Source of the DNA: Epiperipatus broadwayi
Taxonomy: Eukaryota > Animalia > Onychophora
Direction: 5' to 3'
NCBI GenBank assembly: GCA_028023455.1
Contig: JAQFVV010000002.1
Location: 3,968,001 to 4,032,000 of the forward strand
DNA: 64,000 bases
The notes under the pieces are model-generated. The model did no database searches, was not told where the DNA came from, and saw nothing but the letters and a program-made list of their open reading frames with translations. Position numbers and translations under genes: made by a program. This document shows positions 53,056-64,000 of this stretch, in pieces (the stretch's first letter is position 1; the number at the start of each line of letters is the position of its first letter).

Positions 53056-54093
53056 CAAAATATAAAATAACAAACCAATTTTCTTTAAAAAAACTTGTTT
53101 TTTAATTATTATGACTATATGAATTTTAATTTCAAGACAATTTACATTTACATCTTACCTTTTTCACCACTAAAATATACAAAAATAACAAAATAAATAA
53201 AATAAAACATTATATAATCATTAAACCCTATATATATTTAAATCTTCAAAATTCTTTTTAAAAATTTTTTAAAACAATAATCAATAAAAACATAAAAACA
53301 TTACCTTCCTCTATTTAAAAAACCTACAATTTAAACTTCTATTTAAACCATCTTTTAAATTATATTTAATAAAATACCTCAAAACCAGTCTTATCATCTA
53401 CAAAAATCAATTATTTTTAATTCCTTAATATAAAAAAATTTTTTTTTTAAACTTCTTTATAATTAATTATTTTTCTAAATTCTATTTTTTCTAATAATAT
53501 TTTTATCTTTTATAAAATCAATTATTTTTTATTATATATTTTAAATTCTTAATATAAAAATTTTCCTTTAAAAACTTTTATAATTAATTATTTCTAAACT
53601 ATTTTAATTACAATTTAATTTATAAAATAAATTAATTTTTTTATCATGATTTTTTAATTTTTCTTAACTTATTTTTATATTTCCAATATAAACACTTTTA
53701 CAATCCAACTAAACATTTTACATATAACACCTTTCATACTTCAAGATATCATATTTTTCATTATAATTAATATTTTTTAAATCTTTTTTTTTACTAAATA
53801 TAATTTAAACAATGTTTAAATAAGTTTAATTAGTTTTTTAAATAGAGGAAGGTAATTTTTTTTTTTATATTAGATTTATTTTTTAAAAGAAAAAATTTTT
53901 AAAGAATTTTTGAAGATTAATATATATAGGGTTTAATGATTATATAATGTTTTATTTTATTTATTTTGTTATTTTTTGTATATTTTGTGGCTTGAAAAAG
54001 GCTATAAGGATGTAAATGAACGTTGCTCTTGAAATTAAAATCATAGCTAATAATTAAAACAGTTTTAAAAATGGTTTGTTATTTTATATTTGG
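53056..54093. repeat. Foldback with ~320-bp inverted arms
   Basis: 53056-53376 is the reverse complement of 53781-54093; ~115-bp internal tandem duplication at ~53400-53600. Confidence 0.7.
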
Positions 54094-57000
54094 ATTGTTC
54101 TTTTTAAGAAAAAGCAAGATTAAAATGCAACAACAACTATTAAAATCTAATTCAGATTGTATTTAAAATGAAATAAAGCAAATGAGATCATCACTTCAGA
54201 CATCAACAAATCTATTCACAATTCCAAATAAGCCACAAAATCATATATCATTGCCCTAAACAATGATGTATACTTAAGATATCTATTTGATAATTAAATA
54301 AAACTAAATTTGAATCAATACATAACTAAATTCTGACACACTTTTACTAATCTAATATTATTTATAGTAATGCAAAATTTACTTTAACATTTAATGACAT
54401 TCTATTTAAATCAACTAGTTTCCAAATAATTATAATTACATTTTGAGAATGTTTTTTAAACTACACAATATTTATAATGTTTAAATGAAATAAACCTTTA
54501 CTCAGTTTTATACCTATTTTAATAAAATGTTAAATATAATATAAACATTTTATTCATACCTTATATTAGATTGACATGCAATTATTGCTTCAGTTATATT
54601 GTAAAATGAAACACTACACAAGAATTTATTATCAAGAAATCTATTAGATAATTTCACATTTTACAGTACCCAATCACATTATGTAAAATATACCGTAGGT
54701 TTCTATTGGATATTTGCTGATTTACAATCACTGATATTATTCATCTATTTAAATCACCATTTAATTGCTTATAAAATGGATAACAATTAAACTATAGATG
54801 GTGATAATTGGCAGTTATCCCAGCCAAAGATAATATTATGTTATACTGGTTCATAAAATTTATGATCTCCACTTCAAAGAAATTTAAAGTAATTAAGACA
54901 GATCATTCTGACTAATGACAGAACAAAATCTATTAAGATGTTTGTAACTGGACAAGATAAGCAAATAAATAATAAACTCTGAACTAATGAAATTATTTCT
55001 ACCAGTAATATTGACTTAGATAAGTAAACAAATATTTCAATATAATGATAAATATTACTTTTATATCTTATCGACCTAAGAATAATGGTAATATGTAAGA
55101 AAATATACATGAATCTAAATCTATTTCATTTACCAAAATGGATTTGCCTTGGATCAAACTTCAAGTACAAAAATTATCTTGCATGTTCAAAAGAAAATAA
55201 TCAGACAGATTCACTGGATTTTAAATCTACTCTAAATTTATTGGCTTATAATAAAAATTTATGACAGTAATAGTAAAAAAAAAAAATAACAGAATGAACA
55301 AACGCTGTTTGCAATAGATTAAAATTGTAATCAGTTGAAAAAAATATACGATCCTAGGTTTCTCTAGTATATACATAATTGGCAGTCTATTACAGTATAA
55401 AATCAATAAAAATAATAATAAAAATTATTTGTATGAAACTCAAAAAAATGTGTTGTGTGACAGTAATACTATATAAAACTGAAAGAGAGATTTGAAATAT
55501 TCCCCTGAGACCTCAAAGAGAATATACAATGATAAAAAAATGTAATCAAATAAAAATTGATCTTTATTTATTCATTAATGTAATTCCTAAATAATTAAAT
55601 GAACATAAAACCCACTGTATTCAAATCCTTCTCTATCCAAATATCTCCAAGATAAATCTGGAATATATATTAAATTTTTAAATATTTGAAAACGTAGAGT
55701 CATATAAAACAATTTCATCAGTAAGAGTTTAAATAATGAGAACAAAAATGGATATCTCCAACCTTTTTATTGCATGAATTCTATAATAAACTGTATACAT
55801 ATCATTTAACCCTAAGTTTTAAAATGGAATATAAACAAATGTAAACTCTCCCACCTTTTTTTAACAAAAACAAAAAAATACATATACATAAAAGTCATAT
55901 CATCTAAGTGAAAGTCTGTCCATTTATACTCAATAGTCCATCCAGCTTCTGGTTCCTGGTTTCTGATCATAATGCATAAAGTTGATTTTCCTTTAAGAAG
56001 AGAAAACAAACATAAATGATAACTATTGCAGGTTTGAATCCAATTACCTTTGCATTTAAATTCTGATATTTTCTTTTAAGCATATAAACATATATAAGCT
56101 CTTAAAACAATAGGTGCTTAGTCAATGCAAAACTATATATCACTGACTTTATTTTCCTTTTCCATTGATAATAATGCATAAAGAGAATTTTCTTTTCATT
56201 GATAAAATTCAGCCATATCCAGGAGAATAATAAATCCTAACTTTTCTTTCCAAATTAAGAAAGTGAAATTTAGGTTGCTTGATATTACACATAAGTTAAA
56301 CAATCTTGTGAAATCTATTGATCTGAAATATGATATCCATATACACATGGTTGGTTTTGCATGGTTTGCATTCATTATGAATAAATAAATGGAATTCTAG
56401 ATTTGACAACAGAATTTTTTTTATAGTCGACTTGCACATTTTGATGATTTTTTTTGTTTTGTTTTACATTTTGTCATATCCTCATGAACTTCATCAATGA
56501 ACCAGCCCCAATTGAATGGGAGATAATTAAAATTTTATTTTTCCATAGGTTTAGAAACTGAACACTTAAACAATAAAATTTGAAAAAATTTAAAGACAGA
56601 TAGAAACATCCATTCTAGGCAATGGCAAAATACAATAACTCACATTACAACATTTCCATTCTATTTATAAGATACTCTTGATGACATTACAGTAGTCACA
56701 ATGACTGTTGAAAATTGTTTAAATCTCACTCAATAATGTAAAAATTTGTTCACAAAAATTTGCCTCCAATTAGTAAGTGAAATGGAGATTTTAAAATAAT
56801 TGGATACAGTGAAAAAGAAATCCTGTTTTCCAAGTTCAATATTATTTTTCATTTTAGACCAAAATAAAAAAAAGTCTTATCACATTTTTAATACATTTTA
56901 ATGGACATACATATTTTTACATGTTTTTTAATAATAATTTTTTCATAACTAATTTATGAACAAACATATATGAATCATAAAACATTTAATTTTATAATAA

Positions 57001-57561
57001 GTGTTGCTATGGTGATTGTAATAACAGAAATGTGTTACACTTAATAATAATGTTGGTTTTATTCAAATAATCTTTTGGGATATACTCAACTATTTCCAAA
57101 ATCTATTTATTTATTTACTTGTTTATATTTTTTTTCTGAGATTGATCACAACAGATTTAGGATTTGATGCTAGAATTAGCAGTAAACAATCTTTTAAGTT
57201 ATTAGGTTGCCATAGTTATCTAGTTAACATTATATTTTAAGACCTTCCTTAGCCATAGAACAAGTGAAGTGAAAATTAAATAAGATCAACAAACTTCTTT
57301 ATTTTTTTAAATACTGTGTCATACACCATTAATCTGGTTACTTACAATATATATTATACTGGCTGTCACACAGTGGTACAGAGATATGAGACTCGAACTA
57401 GGGTTTTCGATGATGAATTCCCAAATAAGATAAGAGAGCTAGAATAATACATAATTATATAAACCTTTTTTTATATTTAAAAACTAATCAAAATAAGAAT
57501 TCAAACTCTGGATAGGATTAAAAAATACTTTAATTTAACCTTATAAAACAATTTATTCTAA

Positions 57562-57653
57562 ACGTACATTATTTATATTGTTCATGCTAGAATAGTTTCA
57601 TTATGCTACGTACATTATTTATATTGTTCATGCTAGAATAGTTTCATTATGCT
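57562..57653 (+). repeat. Perfect 46-bp tandem duplication
   Basis: acgtacattatttatattgttcatgctagaatagtttcattatgct x2. Confidence 0.9.
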
Positions 57654-60600
57654 TACATCTGCAGTTATTATGGGATGTCACACTTATACATATATAGTGC
57701 GGTTTATTTATATGCCAATGTTTAAAAAGTTACATCATGGGTTTAGGAAGAGAATGCATTTAACAAACTATGATCGATGCCACTTCGATCACACAACAAA
57801 ACTACATGTATATAACTGTAATGGCAGGTAAATTGGTCTCTGACATCCATTATATTTATTAATTATTGAACAATAAAGTTATCAAACAAACATTATAACA
57901 AACGTTATATTTTAATTCTTGAATTAAAATAAGAAAAATTCATTTACACATATGGGAGTCGCTCATCAAAGGAAAATAGCTTACTGCAAGCTTTTCATGA
58001 CATTCAAAATATTACGGCTTATAGATTAGTTTTAGGCATGATTCTAAAATACTATAATGAATGATAGTGTAAGCATGAGGTAGCAGGATATAAGATTCGG
58101 TTCATTTGGGCTGAGAGATGCTTCATCATTTAAATAGGAAAAAGAGAAATTATATGCCCGTTCTTTTGATGGGCCATTCCTGGAGAAAAAAAGGAAGATA
58201 GGGAGATGCAATTGTCCATGTAGGATTTCAATGCAGAGCTGCTACTCTTTCTGAAGGTGTCCTAGGGCACTTCCAATACCAACTAAAACATATATAAGTG
58301 AAGATGGAGGATTCAGAGTTCCCAATTATCCTCAAGTTATGACAAAACAAATAATGATGATGGATGACCTATGCTGGCAATGCTGTTAAAATATGATACA
58401 TCCTTTAGTGACATCAAAAACTAATGGCCTAAATATAAAATTTTAATCAGGCATAATGGCATGACGTGTATACTAAAGCAAATTATATAGCTAAAATCTA
58501 AAACTAGATGAATGTTTTAATGACATACGATTACATTTCCCTTCATTAAACGGGGGCCACATGCATTTGGAATCAGTAAGCATTATTTAATACTATAATG
58601 CTAAAAGCGCTACATATAAATTATTATTACATAATAAAAATAAATGGTCATTATTATTTAAAATATCTTATCTGGAATTTAAACAATAGCGTTCTTGGAT
58701 AACATTAAATTTATAATTAATAAAAGTATACTCATGGCAGTATTATAATAATAATCTGCTTATAAACAGAAATATTATTTAACAATTTCTCAACCCAGTG
58801 AGCACTGGCTTTAAAACAATTAATTTAAAGTACTTAAAATAACCCTGAAGCACTGGGGATTTAAAAGACTGATCTAAATATAGGCTCACCGAAGTTGAGT
58901 TGACTTGGCATATAAATTACGTATAAAAGTAAAAAGCAAATAATTATAATAATAAAATTTTCCGCACTAAATAAAATGTAAGATTTAAACTTAAATAGGT
59001 TTACACATTTACATATATATGTTTGATAGGATTATAGAGAGGTTTTTACAGGTAGAGATTATATATAATTATAAAAGAAAACAATCTTTACAGGCGAGCA
59101 TAGACAATTTTAAATAACTATTGGACTGTTACCTCGGCATACTTGGGATGGGTTAAATGGTTCATTCTCTGAACTTCAGTTGCAGGGATCAGCTTGGTGG
59201 TCAGCAATCTTGGTCACTGCAGCTTTTTCATCAGTAGCAGTCTTCTTCCATAGCAGCATACTAGAGGTGGCCTTGAGAGGCCCAGGGAAAGACGGTTTGG
59301 TTACCTACTCAATGGACATTTTAAAAACTAAGAGCAAACAAATACTGTAAGATTGAGATTCAGACTAAGACTCAGGTTAAGACTAAGATTCAGACTAAAA
59401 CCCCCCCCCCCTTATCTCTAATCTATTCTATTTATACCACCCAAGCTGTTACAGGAATGCTTTGGTTCATTTGCCCAGAGGCAGATGAGACTATTACTAA
59501 ATTCCTGAGAAAATTACAGTCCAATTTAATTAAAAGTAAGATATAAGAAGATAAGGTTCAAATCACTTTCATTAGCAAAACTTTTAATTAAAGTCTTTAA
59601 ATTATAAAAGTAAAAACTATGATAAGACAATGTTTTGATTAATAAAAATTAAGCATTTAAATATTTAATTAGTGAAGAAAACTTCATAATGGGTTGATTT
59701 GAACCTGCCATCTTGGTTATATCTTTTTTTAAATTTTTACAAAATGCAAATAATTTTTACAAAAATGACAAACTTTATGTGATTAAACAAATTCTCTTTT
59801 AATTAAAAAAAAAAACCCACAAGCTTAAAATATTAAAAGTATCAAAATAACAGAATCAAAAATTATAAAATATTCATTTGACTACAGAGTGATTGTTTCA
59901 ATATATATATATATTAATAAAAGCTAACTGAAAATTGTTTTAACTTTTATATAATTTGCTTTTTTACTTATAAAATATTTGATATTGTTATTAACTTTAC
60001 TATAATTTATTTTAGATTAACTTTCTAGGATGATCCCCAAATCATTTATATGTCTTTACAGTGCTACAATTTTTTGACAGAATGGCTCAAGCATGGCTAT
60101 CTCTAGTCTTCTTTTTATGGTTTTAAATTTATTTGATGGCAAAAATTAAAACTAAAATAATGTCAGTATCATTTAAAACAAAAGTAAAAAACAAAGCAAA
60201 ATAGTCATATTTTCTAGAGATGGGATATAGGATTCAAAAGTAGACATTTTACATGTATAACTTTTTTGCTTGCGTGATCTAAGCTTTTGTTTAAATCTTA
60301 AAATTAAAAATTATAAGTTTTACATAATTTGTTAATATATTTATTATTCCTTTATTAAAATTAGATAACATATTTGATTTTAGGAAAGCATAAAAATGTA
60401 AGATAGAAAATCATTAATGACAGAGAAAAAAAATCTTGTAAATATTTCCTCTATTATTTATTGATTTTTGTGTGTGTGTTCGTAATTTTAAATTAAATTT
60501 TCATATTTTAAAATAATTTATTGTCTCATTTATTTTTTTACAAAATTCATTTCACTGAAAGAAAATTAGTTTTATTAAAAATATATTTTTCTAGTTTCAA

Positions 60601-63600
60601 AGGTAAACAAACCTATTATTTGTATTGTGCTTTTAAGTTTATTATTCTTTTTAATTATTTGCAAAGTTGATCTTTCTTTTAAGTTTAGTTTTTATTTTTA
60701 AACTTATATTTGGGTTTTTTTTAAAAATAAAATGTAGATATGTGATGAAAGTAAAAAATTATTCAATAAAATGAATTAACTAAAAGAGTTAATAATTCAT
60801 CATCAGCAATGAAAATGACTATGATTTGAAAATATTGATGAAATATTATATACATTAAATTAATCAAATGTCTTTCTTTATGTGTAGAAAGTCTTTCATC
60901 ATTTCTAAGCAAATATTCAAAATGTATTATTAAATTTGTACAAGTATTTTTTGTCTGACATCTAATAATTCCTATTAAACCAGAAATCTGTGATTCAAAT
61001 CCAATAAAATATCTATTTGCAAGACCTATTTAGAATTGCTTTTCATAATCTTCACCAAATAAATTTATTAATAATTAGAACTGTATGAATTTCATTTTTT
61101 TTACTAAAAATAATCTGTTTCTCAATAACTTTCTTTATGTATAGAAGAAAAAGTTTTTTTCTTTCTTTAATATTAAATAAATGTACTGGCAATTTTACAA
61201 AAGGATTTCTTTCCTCCAAAAAAAGAATAACATAGAGTTTAGTAATGTGTTTTCAGATGTTTTATATTTAGTAATATATTATGATAAGTCTAGATAGTTT
61301 CTGTTATAGAGTTGTAGTCTAAATAAGAAAAATGTAAATCATTTGAGTGTGGGTGCATACAAGCATGTATGAACCTTAATTTGTGTGAACTTTCTACTTA
61401 AAAGAAATATTTTGTTAAAATATATCATTAATATTATCAAAATTTTCAAGGCTTATTAAAAATATATGAATTGTGATTTTACTTACATTATATCTGTTAT
61501 TTATTATAGTTGCTAATAGTCTAATGAATATGGAGATTAATATTTGTTTTATAATGAATTTTTTGATAATGGTATTGGACATGAAGAAACATGAATTTCT
61601 ATTGTTTTCTGACAAAATTTGACCACATTTTTTGAGATAAAAATGCTTGGTTTACATTGAGTCTATTAAAACATTACAATACTAAAATATATATATTTAC
61701 TGTTAGTCAAAATATAATCAAATTCTGCTTTTCCTTTATTTAGATGTTTCATGTCCATTTATTATTAATCTCAAAGAAATAATTCTTAATATATAATTAA
61801 TTGAAAATTCCATAAGAATTCTCATTTTCATTATCATAATCAAATTTAATAATGGCACTTTCATTTTCCAACAATTTATCATTCTTGTCATTAATGTTTC
61901 TCATTAAAATTTTATAATGTTGTCTGGTGTAGTCAAAAGCATTTTGCATGTGTATTTAATAATCCTCTATATCCTCTTCAGAATGAAAACATGGGCCTTA
62001 AACCTGAATTATTTGCATGTAGTATCTGCCATTAAATTGAGGAACTAATTTTACCACTGTGTCTAATATACCATTAATCTCCACAATGTTGAACTTCGGT
62101 TTTTTATTTATAATGAATCTCTTTGCTTTTTTGCTTTCAATAGTTGTGTTTGTAGTAAATTACATGTTCACTTTTTCTTTTAACTTCACAAATCTCAATT
62201 ATGACCCATTTAATATCAGGTAATTATTTTTTATAATTCATGCAATCTATTATTTGAAAATAAAATGCAGTTGTAGATGACCAAATAAAATGGCAGACTG
62301 GATTCACATCAAGAGATTTTTAATACCTCTGTTATCAGTTACCAAACACTGCAATTGCTGATGCCTCATCTTCTTGGAAATAATTTAATTTTACTTGTAA
62401 TGATTGTAAATATACATTTTATGTCTTGTTTTTTAATATTGGAATAAATTAAATATTATTTTAAAAAAAATCAATTCAGATGTCACATGACTTAATTTAA
62501 TAAGCTTTTAAGTTAGTTAATGGCTAATTAAGTTAGATAGCTGGATTGAAAGACATATGGATGTCTGAAAATTTCAGAGTTTCTTCTTAATAATTATACA
62601 TTAGATAAAGTGCTGGACTTGTCCTAGTATTTTTAATCTAATGTTTGAATATCCTAACACCTCTTTGAGAACGCCAGTAGCAGAAAACAGTCTGAGGTTG
62701 GGGGCATTTTACAAAACTTGTTAAGAGTTTGTTTTGCGAGCTCTATATATAAAATTAAATATTTATTATTATAGTTACTTTGTTTTTTTGTATTCATAAA
62801 AATGATATATTTATTTTTATAAATATGTATTGAAAAATTACTTGTGACATTTAAATTGCATTAACTACTTTAAAATTTTGTTTTATGTGATCAGCAGTTG
62901 ATTCTAAAATTTATTGTAAAACTTACTTTCTAAAAAAATATGACTCTCAGAAATAGTATAAATTATTTTACTATTTTATTTTAGAGAGTGTTTTAAAGAT
63001 TTTAGGGGAAGAGTTACTTTTCAGATTTTCTTATTAATATAGTAACAATATTTTCGATTTTGGTCTCTATGCTATTTTGTTTACATTTTATTGCAAAATA
63101 CTTTATTTTCTAATATGGGACATTACTAATTGATTTTTAAAAAATTAGAGACAAAATTTAACAAACAAAAATAGAACGATGACTTAAAACAAAAGCACAT
63201 AATGTCTGAATTTATTGAATGTGAGGTATCATGCTGTATGTTGGTTTACACAAAAATTATCCAGTTTTGTCTTTGGCTTATTGAAAAAGTTTTTTTCCCA
63301 CTTACACATAGAGAGCATGATATTAATTTTAATTGGAAAAAGTAGATATTTGTTTTAGATTTTAATGACAAATATATGTTATAAGTAAGATTTTAGTATA
63401 ATATATCATCACTATATTTGACTTTTGAGAAAGCATTAAATGAATAGCCTATAGTGTCAGTTTGTTAATAAATTTTTAATAATGCTATTTTGATAATTTA
63501 TTTGGTATTTGTATTTAAAATTTTGTGACGTATGTGTAAGTTGTTATTTGTTTGTAGTCTGATATTTATTAAACTACATGTCTATCATATACAAAGAATC

Positions 63601-64000
63601 AAATAATGTATACAGAAAAACAACAACATAGAATGAACAGTCATTAAGACATAATCTTCTCCACTACTTTTATATAGAGAAATAGCAAAAAAGAATACAA
63701 AACTCAACACTCTATTTAAATGCCAGATGATAATAATTTATATATTTCTTTTTTTTTTTACTATCTAGTTAAGAATTTCTGGATACACAGTTATCAATTT
63801 ATAATTGAAATGATTTGGTCATCAGCTATATACTAAAAAGAATCGGAAACTTAGAAGTGTTTAGCTATCCAAAAAAAAAATCAAAGTTTCACTTGAATTT
63901 GAATTTTTGATATGGACATGATAGACACTTTTATTAATCGCTACATTCTAAAGTCTTTTATATATATACAGATCTTATGTTGTTAGTAGATTGATTAGTA

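Noticed and set aside
56300-56800. Possible piggyBac-like transposase remnant
   Set aside because: No catalytic motif could be read with confidence.

Overview
Very AT-rich, CpG-depleted eukaryotic (probably invertebrate animal) non-coding DNA with no supportable host gene; almost all short ORFs in the track are compositional noise or pieces of decayed transposons. Recognisable content: (1) a nested retroelement cluster at ~14.1-23.5 kb made of an RTE-clade LINE split by a Penelope-like element (RT + GIY-YIG), a second Penelope-like RT fragment, and a truncated Ty3/gypsy LTR element; (2) a ~100 bp tRNA-derived SINE (3 copies), a hAT-type MITE with 8-bp TSD, other foldback and tandem repeats. 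Main finding: two unrelated non-coding repeat families (A, ~454-nt unit; B, ~474-nt unit) each carry a type I hammerhead ribozyme with a palindromic minimal stem III. Together they account for 12 insertions and 12 full-length hammerhead motifs. They occur as head-to-tail multimers plus an inverted copy, with 9-15 bp target-site duplications and two fixed 3' end points per family, i.e. they look like Penelope-mobilised retrozymes. Two further families (F, G) have the same insertion architecture but no hammerhead I can recognise. All alignments and folds were done by eye, boundaries are approximate, and novelty could not be checked against databases.
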